Of a stretch of 64,000 nt of DNA, positions 36,847-45,933 are shown piece after piece (positions within the stretch are counted from its first letter, which is position 1; every line of letters starts with the position of its first letter). The stretch is from Candidatus Bathyarchaeota archaeon (GTDB lineage Archaea; Thermoproteota; Bathyarchaeia; Bathyarchaeales; Bathyarchaeaceae). The position numbers and the translations under genes are program-made. The stretch spans positions 998 to 64,997 of the forward strand of contig JARRLY010000011.1 in the NCBI GenBank assembly GCA_037386545.1, read 5' to 3'. The notes beneath the pieces are model-generated. The model was not told where the DNA came from. It did not search any database and saw nothing but the letters and a program-made list of their open reading frames with translations.

Positions 36847-37725
36847 TTAGTTTTTGTTTAGTAGATTTGTTGCTTTTACTCGTAGTTGGTCCATTGCGAG
36901 GTCTTTAGGGTCTAGTCCCATTGCCAGTCCCAGCAGTTGGGGGTAATGCAGAACTGGGATTCCGAATTTTTCTTCGAGAACTTTTTCGATTCGTCGTTGG
37001 TTGGTGTCAAACATCATTTGGCAGAAGGGACATACTGTGATTAGTGCTTGGGCGTTGACTTTTTTGATGTTTTTTAGTTTGTCGCCTGCGATTTGCAAGG
37101 ATAATTTGTCGTTTACTCCTACAATTGGGGCTCCGCAGCAGTCAGTTTTGTACATGTAATCAAGGGATTGTGCTCCTGTTAGTTCGATTAACTGTTTTAG
37201 GATAACAGGGTTTTCAGGGTCGTCAAAGCCTATGTATTTTTTTGGGCGCAAAACGTGGCAGCCTATGTGTTCTGTTACTTTTAGGTCATTTAACGGGTTA
37301 GTTACTGCTTGTTTGATTTTGTCGTAGCCGATGTCTTCGGACAACACTTGGATTAGGTGTCTGACGCGTATTTTTCCACCTTCGAGTTTTAGTCCTACTT
37401 CTTTGAGGTACCCGTTGATTTTTTCTTTGACGGCTTTGTCTTCTTGCACCAGTTTGTTGACTTTGCGTAAAGTTCCTGCGCAGCCCGGACATAAGGTCAT
37501 CACGTCTAAGCCTTTTTGTTCGGCAAAACAAAGGTTTCTTGCGGCTAAAATCAGCATCGAGTCATGATCTACAGAGTCTAAGGGCAATCCACAACAGTTG
37601 GCTTCGGGCATTTCTACGAGGTCTACGCCTAATTTTTCTAGGACTTTTCGGGATGAAATTTCAAAACTAGCTACCCGATAAGGTATGACACATCCTAAAA
37701 AGAACAGGTACTTTAGGTCAGCCAA
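36847..37725 (-). CDS. hdrB: Heterodisulfide reductase subunit B-like (two CCG domains)
   Basis: CCGLPLDS...CPGCAGTL and CCGAPIVG...CPFCQMMFD. The proposed TTG start (MADLKYLFFLGC) lies 1 nt after the hdrC stop. Confidence 0.85.
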   Translation of the reverse strand: MADLKYLFFLGCVIPYRVASFEISSRKVLEKLGVDLVEMPEANCCGLPLDSVDHDSMLILAARNLCFAEQKGLDVMTLCPGCAGTLRKVNKLVQEDKAVKEKINGYLKEVGLKLEGGKIRVRHLIQVLSEDIGYDKIKQAVTNPLNDLKVTEHIGCHVLRPKKYIGFDDPENPVILKQLIELTGAQSLDYMYKTDCCGAPIVGVNDKLSLQIAGDKLKNIKKVNAQALITVCPFCQMMFDTNQRRIEKVLEEKFGIPVLHYPQLLGLAMGLDPKDLAMDQLRVKATNLLNKN

Positions 37726-37726
37726 G

Positions 37727-38221
37727 CTAGTTGCTCTCCGTTTTTGGTTTTTTAGACTCAGCAACAAAGTTAAGAAGTTTAGAAATTTCTTGGGAATTGG
37801 CTTCAGGCAGTTCTGGGAGTCCTTTTTCTACGCGCTTTCTTTTGCGTATGTCGGGGATATTATAAGCTAAGCCACTTTTTAGAATGTTATTTTTGATTTC
37901 CACAAAAGTTTTGGGAATTTTTCCTTCTTTTACTGCTAGGTTACGTAATGCACGCAATACTCCTGCAATGTCTACTCCTTGGGGGCAATGGTCAACACAT
38001 GTAAAACACGCAGCACATAACCAGATTTTTTCGTCTTCAAAGATTCGCTCTTTCATGCCTAACTGTGCCATGTGCATTATAGTTCGGGGACGAAAATCTT
38101 TACACACTCTTGCAATTGGACAATCTGCGGTGCATGTCCCGCATTGGTAACAAAACTTTAAGTTTTCTACGCCTGCAACTTTGCTTAGCTCAGTTTTAAA
38201 CGAGCAATCAAAATCATTCAT
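37727..38221 (-). CDS. hdrC: Heterodisulfide reductase subunit C-like (2x[4Fe-4S])
   Basis: CYQCGTCTADCP and CAACFTCVDHCP. The start is set at MNDFDCSF, because the longer ORF adds only a low-complexity hydrophobic extension. Confidence 0.8.
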   Translation of the reverse strand: MNDFDCSFKTELSKVAGVENLKFCYQCGTCTADCPIARVCKDFRPRTIMHMAQLGMKERIFEDEKIWLCAACFTCVDHCPQGVDIAGVLRALRNLAVKEGKIPKTFVEIKNNILKSGLAYNIPDIRKRKRVEKGLPELPEANSQEISKLLNFVAESKKPKTESN

Positions 38222-38478
38222 CGTAACTGCATTAGATTTAGTTTCCGAAACAACTTTCCCATCAGACAACAACAAACCCCCGTTATGGAGGACAAATAAC
38301 CACCAGCACGTCGGAGTGTAAAACAAAGAAAAAAAGACGCTAATAAAGAGTACGAAAACAAACTCGGTCAACATGGAAATTTGACTGCGGTTCACTTGAG
38401 AGCTAAATTGGAATCCAAAACTGAGTAGTATTACACTAAAAAACATAATAACTTAATTGCCCCATAAATTGTTAACAA

Positions 38479-39855
38479 ATGGGGTTTTGTGAGATGCTTA
38501 TTCAAACTGTAAAATCAGAAATTGTCGCACACCTATCATACATTATTGGAAGCAAAAACGAAGCAGTAGTAATTGACCCAAGACGAGATTGTCAAATCTA
38601 TGTGGATATAGCCAATAAATGGAAAACTAAAATAAAATACATTTTTGAAACCCACAGAAATGAAGACTATGTAACGGGTTCGTTAGAATTAAAAAAACTA
38701 ACCAACGCAACAATATTTCATGGTCCGGGATTAGATTGGAAATTTGGAAACACCATACAAAACAACCATGAAATACCTTTTGGATTGCTTAAAATAACTG
38801 CTTTACATACTCCAGGGCACTCTCCAGAAAGTACCAGTTATGTGTTAAGTGACCTTGAGAGTTCAAACCAGCCAATAATGGTCTTTACTGGTGACACACT
38901 TTTTGTTGGAGACGTGGGACGAACAGACTTTCTGGGAAAAGAAATGACCCCAGTTATGGCAGAAAAAATGTACAATAGCATTACAAAAAAGTTCTACTCG
39001 TTAGGGGATGACGTTATTGTGTGTCCTGCACATGGTTATGGTTCAGTTTGTGGCGGGCAAATCAAAAAAAGAGAAATAAGCACAATTGGAATTGAAAGAA
39101 AAACCAATCCTATGCTTCAACTCTCCAAACAAGATTTTATAAAACAAAAAAGCCAAGAAAACCATCAAACCCCGCCTTACTTCAAACAAATGGAAAAATT
39201 CAACCTTAATGGCCCACCCATCTTAGGAGGTGTTCCAAACCCTTCTGGTCTTTCACCCTCTGAATTTAAGAAAACAATTAACCAAAGCTACATCATTGAC
39301 ACTCGAACTCCCGTTGCTTTTGGAGGCGCTCACATAAAAGACTCATACAGTTTACCGCCTTCTAGATTGTCAAATGTGGGCTGGATTGCAGATTACAACA
39401 AACCAATCCTGTTAGTTATTGAAGACCCCCAAGCCCTTGATTTTGCCGTTCGCAACCTTTTGCGGTTAGGATTGGACAATTTTGCAGGATATCTGCTAGG
39501 AGGAGTTGAAGCTTGGTATAAAATTGCAATGCCTTTGGAAAAAACCGCCTTGATAACTGTTCATGAACTAAAAAACATGCTTGATGAAAAACAAGAACTA
39601 ACAGTTTTAGACGTTCGCAGAGAAAACGAGTGGAACGAAGGACACCTAAAAGAGGCAATGAGAATCTATTTAGGGCATCTTCCAAAACAAACAGACCAAC
39701 TTGATCCTAACAAACCAATAGTCGTCATTTGCAAAACCGGAAAAAGGTCCAGTTTTGGAACCAGTATTTTGCTAAAGGCAGGATTCAAAAATGTCTATAA
39801 TTGTTTAGGTGGAATGGAAGCATGGAAAAAAGCAGGTTTCCCCTTAACTAAATAA
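38479..39855 (+). CDS. MBL-fold hydrolase fused to two rhodanese domains (Blh/persulfide-dioxygenase-rhodanese-like)
   Basis: MBL motifs: ETHRNEDYV (a degenerate HxHxDH), HTPGHSPES, GDTLFVGDVGR and CPAHGYG. The C-terminal rhodanese has the active-site loop ICKTGKRSS. Confidence 0.8.
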   Translation: MGFCEMLIQTVKSEIVAHLSYIIGSKNEAVVIDPRRDCQIYVDIANKWKTKIKYIFETHRNEDYVTGSLELKKLTNATIFHGPGLDWKFGNTIQNNHEIPFGLLKITALHTPGHSPESTSYVLSDLESSNQPIMVFTGDTLFVGDVGRTDFLGKEMTPVMAEKMYNSITKKFYSLGDDVIVCPAHGYGSVCGGQIKKREISTIGIERKTNPMLQLSKQDFIKQKSQENHQTPPYFKQMEKFNLNGPPILGGVPNPSGLSPSEFKKTINQSYIIDTRTPVAFGGAHIKDSYSLPPSRLSNVGWIADYNKPILLVIEDPQALDFAVRNLLRLGLDNFAGYLLGGVEAWYKIAMPLEKTALITVHELKNMLDEKQELTVLDVRRENEWNEGHLKEAMRIYLGHLPKQTDQLDPNKPIVVICKTGKRSSFGTSILLKAGFKNVYNCLGGMEAWKKAGFPLTK

Positions 39856-39904
39856 GTTAATGACTTCCAAAACCTTATATTAAAATCAAGTCTAAACAAT
39901 AGTC

Positions 39905-40366
39905 ATGTTCCCCCTTGGAATAGAACCCTATCTAGTGGGTGGAATAATTATCGGTGTTGGAGTTGGTTTAATATATCTCCTAACTGGTTTACATGCCACC
40001 CAGAGTAGTTTTTTCACAACAACCCTTTCTTGGTTTTCTAAAAGAAAACATTTCAAAAATGAAAAAAACATCAAACAAAGAGGCTGGAGAGTGAGCTTAG
40101 CTATTGGCATGATAGTTGGAGCTTTGCTTTACACATTAACTTTGTCGCCAACTGGTTTTTGGACCACAACCGTCCAACTTTGGAGAATTGCATTAGGTGG
40201 ACTTTTAGTAGGATTTGGAACCCGACTATCCAGTGGATGCACCTCCGGGCATGGAATAAGCGGTATAGCATCCCTGTCTAAAACTTCCATTATCGCAGTT
40301 ATTGTGTTTATGGGAGTTGCAATAATCACCGCAAACATCGTTCAATTGTTGGGGGTTTCACCATGA
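39905..40366 (+). CDS. YeeE/YedE-family (sulfur transport, DUF395) membrane protein, half-size
   Basis: Four TM helices with the SSGCTSGHGISG signature loop. Confidence 0.75.
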   Translation: MFPLGIEPYLVGGIIIGVGVGLIYLLTGLHATQSSFFTTTLSWFSKRKHFKNEKNIKQRGWRVSLAIGMIVGALLYTLTLSPTGFWTTTVQLWRIALGGLLVGFGTRLSSGCTSGHGISGIASLSKTSIIAVIVFMGVAIITANIVQLLGVSP

Positions 40367-40767
40367 ATAAAACAAACCTGATTGTTCTTTTTGGCGGAAT
40401 TTTGTTTGGGTTTGGTTTAGCCTACAGCGGAATGACAAAACAAGAAATTGTTCTTAGTTTTCTACAACTAAAAGATCTTGGATTAATCTTCGTGTTGGGA
40501 GGAGCTGCTTTAGTTACCGCTGTTGCCATAAACGTTCTTGCAAAATTTCTAAAAAAACCTGCTTTTGGAAAACAATACAAACCTAGAACCAGAATTTTAT
40601 CTTGGTCAACAATTGTTGGGGCAATAATTTTTGGAGTTGGCTGGGGGATTTCTGGTCAATGTCCCGGTTCAGCTATGGCAAGTCTTGGAACAGGTAATTA
40701 CCCAATACTAATTGGAATTGCTGCCATGTTTATTGGTGCTTATTTGAGAGGGCTTTTGGACTCATAA
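40363..40767 (+). CDS. YeeE/YedE-family membrane protein, second half-size paralog
   Basis: GWGISGQCPGSAMAS loop. It overlaps the preceding gene by 4 nt (ATGA). Confidence 0.75.
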   Translation: MNKTNLIVLFGGILFGFGLAYSGMTKQEIVLSFLQLKDLGLIFVLGGAALVTAVAINVLAKFLKKPAFGKQYKPRTRILSWSTIVGAIIFGVGWGISGQCPGSAMASLGTGNYPILIGIAAMFIGAYLRGLLDS

Positions 40768-40849
40768 AAACGGGTAATGATGAAAAAAGCATTTTTTAAA
40801 AAGTTAAATAATAATTTGGATTATTTTCATTGGTCGGAGCAAGCTCTGT

Positions 40850-41608
40850 ATGAGTGTTGAATTAACTTATCTTTTGTTGATTGTTCCTGCTTTTTTAACT
40901 GCAATGATTGACATAGTCTTTGGCATGGGCTTTGGTCTTACACTGACTCCAATTCTGTTGTTACTGGGTTTTCCTCCACATGAGATTGTTCCGGCTCTCT
41001 TGTTTAGCTCACTTATGGGCAATATATTTAGCTCAATCTTTAATCACAAGTTCAAGAACGTAGATTTCAGTTTATGCAGCAAGCACTTTAACATGTCAAT
41101 GTTGATTGGAATCCTTGGTATTGCAGGAAGTTTTATTGGTGCCTCGATATCAATTGGCATATCCAATTTGTATTTGAGCTTGTATATTGGTCTCTTAATA
41201 GTGGGGTTGGGTCTGTTTCTTTTGCTTAATAAAAAAATGAAAGCAAGCTTTTCGTGGTTAAAATTGGTTTTCTTAAGTTTGTTTGGATCCTTCAACAAAG
41301 GCATTAGCGGAAGCGGTTTTGGACCTATAGTAACCACGGGAATGATAATAATGGATGTTAACGAAAAGGCTGCAGTCTCGATACAAACTTTTTCAGAACT
41401 TTTTGTTAGCATAAGCGGTTTTCTAACATTCATATTAGCAGGAAGCCAGATTTCATGGAGTTTAGTTTTACCTTTATCTTTGGGTGTTGTTATTTCTACG
41501 CCCCTAGCCGCATTTGTGGTTCACAAGTTTGAGAGCAAAACGCTTAGAAATGCAATCGCAATGGTAACAGTTGTTCTAGGCGGACTTACCTTACTTAGCG
41601 TGATTTGA
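40850..41608 (+). CDS. TauE/SafE (TSUP) family anion/sulfite exporter-like membrane protein
   Basis: A 252-aa protein with ~8 TM helices and an internal duplication, with FGMGFGLTLTPILL and GSGFGPIV loops typical of TSUP. Confidence 0.7.
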   Translation: MSVELTYLLLIVPAFLTAMIDIVFGMGFGLTLTPILLLLGFPPHEIVPALLFSSLMGNIFSSIFNHKFKNVDFSLCSKHFNMSMLIGILGIAGSFIGASISIGISNLYLSLYIGLLIVGLGLFLLLNKKMKASFSWLKLVFLSLFGSFNKGISGSGFGPIVTTGMIIMDVNEKAAVSIQTFSELFVSISGFLTFILAGSQISWSLVLPLSLGVVISTPLAAFVVHKFESKTLRNAIAMVTVVLGGLTLLSVI

Positions 41609-41691
41609 AATTACTAAATCAAAATAAACAAACTAAAATTTTCAAAAAATGAAGAAAAAGGTAACTCATGGTTACCTTGAAATTCTTTGGA

Positions 41692-43101
41692 TTATTGTCC
41701 AGTTTTCTTTTTCTGGATGTATTCGTGTATGCTTTTTGCGGCTTTTCTGCCTGCTCCCATGGCGCTGATTACTGTTGCTGCGCCGCTGACTACGTCTCCG
41801 CCTGCGTAGACGCCTTCTTTGCTGGTTGCGCCAGTTTCTTCGTCTGCTACAATGGTTCCCCATTTGGTGCTTTCTAGACCGTCAGTGGTTCGCTGAATCA
41901 AGGGGTTCGGTGTTTGACCAATGGCAATAACTACTGTGTCCACGTCCATCATGAAATTAGAACCTTCAATTGGAACAGGGCGTCGTCTGCCGGAGGCGTC
42001 GGGTTCGCCTAGCTCCATTTTTATGCATTCCATCCCGTTTACCCAGCCGCTTTCGTCTCCAGTGAATTTAACTGGATTAGTTAGCAAGTTGAAGATGATG
42101 CCTTCTTCTTCTGCGTTTTCAGCTTCTTCGGCACGGGCAGGAAGCTGCTCACGAGCACGACGGTAAACGATGTATACTTTTTCTGCGCCAAGCCTTAAAC
42201 TGCATCGGGCAGCGTCCATGGCGACGTTTCCTCCGCCGATAACTGCAATGTTTTTGCCGATACGAATCGGGGTATCATATTCTGGGAACAGGTAACCTTT
42301 CATCAGGTTAATTCGAATCAAATACTCGTTAGCAGAGTAAACTCCACCCAAGTTCTCACCTTCAATTCCCATAAATCTTGGAAGACCCGCACCACTGCCA
42401 ACAAAAACTGCGTCATAGCCGTCTGCAAATAGTTCGTCAATAGTAAAGATTCGTCCGATGGTATAGTTGGTTTTTACGTCTACCCCTAGTTTTTTGATGT
42501 AATCAACTTCTGCTTGCACAATTTCTTTAGGCAAACGGAACTGAGGAATACCATACATCAAAACTCCACCAGCATAATGCAAAGACTCAAACATGTTAAC
42601 CTCATGACCTTGCTTGATAAGATCAGCTGCAACAGTCAAACCAGCAGGACCTGAACCAACAATAGCTACTTTGCCAGCAGCACCTTCAACGTGTTTTTCA
42701 GGAATTTCTACACCTGCGTTTCGTTCCCAGTCAGAGGCAAAGCGTTCTAAACGACCGATAGAGATTGGGTCACCCATTTTGCCGAGGACACATTGTTCTT
42801 GGCATTGGTTTTCTTGTGGACAAACACGTCCACAAACTGCGGGCAAACTGTTTTTCTCTTTAAGTTTAGCAGCAGAAGCCCTGTAGTTACCTTCTTTGAT
42901 TTCTTTAATAAAGGCAGGAATGTCAATGCCTACGGGGCAGCCTTGAACACAACGAGGATTAGGACACTGCAAACAACGAGTTGCTTCCCGTTTAGCTTGC
43001 TCTTCATTGTAGCCTAGGGCTACTTCATAGAAATTGTGAATCCGATCCAAAACATCTTGTTTGGCCATCGGAGTTTCTTGTTTTCGTTCTTCCCTATCCA
43101 C
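41692..43101 (-). CDS. NfnB/SudA/GltD-like NAD(P)H-dependent FAD iron-sulfur oxidoreductase, large subunit
   Basis: CLQCPNPRCVQGCPVGIDIP, CGRVCPQENQCQEQC, VAIVGSGPAGLTVA and VIGGGNVAMDAAR motifs. Confidence 0.85.
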   Translation of the reverse strand: MDREERKQETPMAKQDVLDRIHNFYEVALGYNEEQAKREATRCLQCPNPRCVQGCPVGIDIPAFIKEIKEGNYRASAAKLKEKNSLPAVCGRVCPQENQCQEQCVLGKMGDPISIGRLERFASDWERNAGVEIPEKHVEGAAGKVAIVGSGPAGLTVAADLIKQGHEVNMFESLHYAGGVLMYGIPQFRLPKEIVQAEVDYIKKLGVDVKTNYTIGRIFTIDELFADGYDAVFVGSGAGLPRFMGIEGENLGGVYSANEYLIRINLMKGYLFPEYDTPIRIGKNIAVIGGGNVAMDAARCSLRLGAEKVYIVYRRAREQLPARAEEAENAEEEGIIFNLLTNPVKFTGDESGWVNGMECIKMELGEPDASGRRRPVPIEGSNFMMDVDTVVIAIGQTPNPLIQRTTDGLESTKWGTIVADEETGATSKEGVYAGGDVVSGAATVISAMGAGRKAAKSIHEYIQKKKTGQ

Positions 43102-43930
43102 GTTTTACACTTCCTCCCATTTTATCATAAATCATAGACGCCATCCTTTCCTCAGGCAAATAAACACGCTGCCTTGAGATTAACTCGTCAAAGTCAACGT
43201 CCAGACCATTAAATTCAGGACCGTCCATACAAGCGAACTTCATTTCGCCGCCAACAGTTACACGGCAGGCACCACACATGCCAGTTCCGTCAACCATCAA
43301 AGAAGCCAAAGTAACCATCGTTGTTAGGTTGTAGGGTTTAGTCATTTCTACTACTTTTTGGAGGGTAGAAACCGGACCCATAACAATGGCGTGGTCAAAC
43401 TTTTGAGCTTTCAAAATGTCAGCAATAAAATCCAAACCTTGTTTGCCTTTGGAGCCATCATCGGTTGCCACATGGAATTCGTCGGCAACTGCTTTGAGTT
43501 GATCCTCGTAGACCATGTCGTTTTCGGTTCGTCCGGCACAAACAACAACTAGTTCGTTATTGTTCTTTTTTAGAGCAGTGGCAGTATAATACAAAGGAGC
43601 ACACCAGACTCCGCCACCAACAAGCAAAACTTTACCAAAGTTTTCAACTTCAGCAGGGTTACCCAAAGGACCTGAAAAGTCCATGATAGAGTCACCTGCT
43701 TTGTATTTTGCTAATTTTTTGGTTGTTTTTCCTACTGAATGAAAAGCAGTGGAAACTGTTCCTTTTTGCAAGTCAACACCTGCAATGGTAAGGGGAACAC
43801 GTTCACCTTTATCATCAATACGAATGATAACAAACTGTCCTGGGTGAGACTTTGGTGCCATATCAGGGGCAGCTACTTCAATTAGGTGGATGTTAGGTGC
43901 AATTTCTTCTTTAGTTACTATTTTATACAT
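43094..43930 (-). CDS. NfnA/SudB-like ferredoxin-NADP reductase-type small subunit (FAD, 2Fe-2S)
   Basis: PGQFVIIR...RVPLTIA (FAD-binding barrel), LLVGGGVWCAPL, and C-terminal CGACRV...FACMDGPEF. It overlaps the large-subunit start by 8 nt. Confidence 0.85.
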   Translation of the reverse strand: MYKIVTKEEIAPNIHLIEVAAPDMAPKSHPGQFVIIRIDDKGERVPLTIAGVDLQKGTVSTAFHSVGKTTKKLAKYKAGDSIMDFSGPLGNPAEVENFGKVLLVGGGVWCAPLYYTATALKKNNNELVVVCAGRTENDMVYEDQLKAVADEFHVATDDGSKGKQGLDFIADILKAQKFDHAIVMGPVSTLQKVVEMTKPYNLTTMVTLASLMVDGTGMCGACRVTVGGEMKFACMDGPEFNGLDVDFDELISRQRVYLPEERMASMIYDKMGGSVKRG

Positions 43931-43947
43931 TTCATTCTCACTCCACG

Positions 43948-45156
43948 TTATGCAGAATTTTCCTCCGAGTCAGGAATGGAAGAAATCTTTTTGGTAAATT
44001 CTTCAAGTTTCTCCTTGAATTCTCCAGGATATTTTGGACTAACTCGGATAGAATCGAAACGGTCTTCCAAGTTGTAATCCTTTAGAACTACCTTCAAGGC
44101 AGAGAAGTTACGCTCTCCGAGGTAGGTTCCTTCTTCAAGTTTACAGAGCTCTTCTGGACAAATAACCGCCATAACGCCGTCAAATCCTGCACTCAAAGCC
44201 TCCAAAACTAGCACAGGATCAAAGCCCTTGGCACATGGAAGCTCGATTATGGTGATGTTGTCGGTTAGGCATCCTTTCTGAACTTCATCCAAGGCAGAGA
44301 ACTCCGACCACTGGCAAACAAACAACAAAATTGCAGGTTTACCGTTAGCTTTGGCGCTTTTTGCTTTGTTGCTACAGTTTTTGATGATTTCAGAAACTGG
44401 CTCAAACTCGTAGCCTCTTAGCTCGATTGCTTGGTGAGGACATACAAGGGCACAAGCTCCACAGCCCATACATTTGTCTTCTTGGATTTCGGGGGTGCTA
44501 ACGTCCTTCCACACGATTGCGTCATATGGACAGATGAAAACACATTTGCCACAGCCCACACATTTTTCGGTGTCATATACTGCTTTCAGTGAGTTAGTTT
44601 TTACAATTAGGTTGTCTGGGTTGTATCCAAGAACATCAACAGTTTCTTTCAACAACTCAAACCTGTTAAGTCCAACTTTGCTGCCTTTCTTGAATCGGCA
44701 AAAGTCTTCTTCACATTGCAGAACGAGAATTTTTTCTGTTCCGGCAGCTAGGTTGTTCATGTAAAATTCTGGAGGTACACGTCCAACACAAGGCAGTCGA
44801 AGAGAAGCGTAATTGTCGATGTTTTCGTCTTTAAAGTTCTCTTCTATGTCAATGGTTACGGGGTTGCTGCCTCTACAAGACAAAACAAGAGTTTTTGCTC
44901 CTTTCTTGTTTAGTTCATCTTGGGCTTTTTTGGTCAGTGAATCAACATCATAGTATACAAGGTCAATTGCTGACAACGGGCAAGCGCTTACACACAGACC
45001 ACAAACCCGACATTTTTCTATATCCAAAATAATTTTGTTCTGTTCTTCATCTTTTGAAATTGCCTCAAAAGGACAAACAGCAACACAGACTCCGCAGCGG
45101 CTACAAAAGTCATCTGCGATTTCTATTCCAGCGGTTCGAGTTGGTTCATTCGTCAT
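43948..45156 (-). CDS. Duplicated [2x4Fe-4S ferredoxin + MvhD/FlpD-like] fusion protein (402 aa)
   Basis: CSRCGVCVAVCP/CRVCGLCVSACP, then LVLSCRGSN...LRLPCVGRV...LVLQCEEDFCRF. Next come CVGCGKCVFICP/CMGCGACALVCP, then LLFVCQWSEF...IELPCAKGF...MAVICPEELCKL. The gene lies 17 nt upstream of the nfnA-like gene. Confidence 0.7.
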   Translation of the reverse strand: MTNEPTRTAGIEIADDFCSRCGVCVAVCPFEAISKDEEQNKIILDIEKCRVCGLCVSACPLSAIDLVYYDVDSLTKKAQDELNKKGAKTLVLSCRGSNPVTIDIEENFKDENIDNYASLRLPCVGRVPPEFYMNNLAAGTEKILVLQCEEDFCRFKKGSKVGLNRFELLKETVDVLGYNPDNLIVKTNSLKAVYDTEKCVGCGKCVFICPYDAIVWKDVSTPEIQEDKCMGCGACALVCPHQAIELRGYEFEPVSEIIKNCSNKAKSAKANGKPAILLFVCQWSEFSALDEVQKGCLTDNITIIELPCAKGFDPVLVLEALSAGFDGVMAVICPEELCKLEEGTYLGERNFSALKVVLKDYNLEDRFDSIRVSPKYPGEFKEKLEEFTKKISSIPDSEENSA

Positions 45157-45187
45157 CTTGCTCTACACTCAGAAGCTAATTTAATCC

Positions 45188-45206
45188 TGAAGTATTGAGA
45201 ATACTT
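45188..45206. promoter_or_regulatory. Perfect palindrome GAAGTATT-GAG-AATACTTC upstream of the ferredoxin-MvhD/Nfn-like operon
   Basis: Eight-bp arms read directly, 32-50 nt upstream of the ATG at 45156. Confidence 0.25.
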
Positions 45207-45274
45207 CACTTCTTGACATCCAACTAAAAGTTTTCTCTTTAATAAACTATAAGTTTCAAAAAACAAAAACAACG

Positions 45275-45829
45275 TTACTGATTATTGGATTGTTTACTGA
45301 AAAAATCCTTGAGCATACGAAGAAGCTTGTCACCATCATCAGGCAACTGAATAACCGGCAAACTCACTCCATCTACCTTACTAGATTTTTGAGCAATCAA
45401 ACCAGAAACAGCAAAAACATGAGAAGAAGTACGCTCCAAAGTTTCGTTAAGATCTTCTAGGTTTTTTGCAGTGATGATTTTCGGTATGTCTTTGCGTTCA
45501 GAAATTAAGCGATGAAAACCTTCCACAAAAATGTAATCCAAGTTCTCGTTTGTCAATAAACCAAGAATTTTGTCTAAACGACGAAGTTCACACTCAGTCT
45601 TTTTTATAATCACAATTTCTTTGGGTGCAACAGCAACAGTAACCTTTGAGCCCGCCTGCATGTGCCGCCATGTGTTAGTTCCAGGAGTGTCGATGTTGAA
45701 GTCTTTATGGTGGATGTGTTTAATTGACCCTACAGCGCAACCCTGGGTGGTAAGACTTGAAATTAAGTATTCAATGGTTGTGGTTTTTCCTGAACCGTGT
45801 GAACCAACAACTGCGACTACATAAACCAT
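45275..45829 (-). CDS. mobB: MobB-like P-loop protein (molybdopterin-guanine dinucleotide biosynthesis adapter family)
   Basis: MVYVVAVVGSHGSGKTTTIEYLI...GSIKHIHH...DTPGTNTWRH. The start is set at the Met before the P-loop. Confidence 0.8.
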   Translation of the reverse strand: MVYVVAVVGSHGSGKTTTIEYLISSLTTQGCAVGSIKHIHHKDFNIDTPGTNTWRHMQAGSKVTVAVAPKEIVIIKKTECELRRLDKILGLLTNENLDYIFVEGFHRLISERKDIPKIITAKNLEDLNETLERTSSHVFAVSGLIAQKSSKVDGVSLPVIQLPDDGDKLLRMLKDFFSKQSNNQ

Positions 45830-45933
45830 GTTTTTTCCCGTTATGTTTAGGTAGTAATAACGATAAAGATAAAATATTTTCTCATAAAAACATATACAAC
45901 ATAAAATGTTAGTTTTCATTGAAGGGAATTTAG

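Noticed and set aside
38222-38446. 75-aa hydrophobic N-terminal extension of the hdrC ORF, suggesting a membrane-anchored HdrC
   Set aside because: The composition is low-complexity and Phe/Leu/Ser-rich, typical of T-rich promoter DNA. The canonical HdrC begins at the internal Met (MNDFDCSF), and the extension would consume most of the divergent promoter region.
41668-41877. Plus- and minus-strand ORFs with Arg/Ser-rich or Cys/Ala-rich repeats at the 3' end of the nfnB-like gene
   Set aside because: They are alternative-frame shadows of the well-supported NfnB/SudA-like C-terminus (GGDVVSGAATVISAMGAGRKAA).
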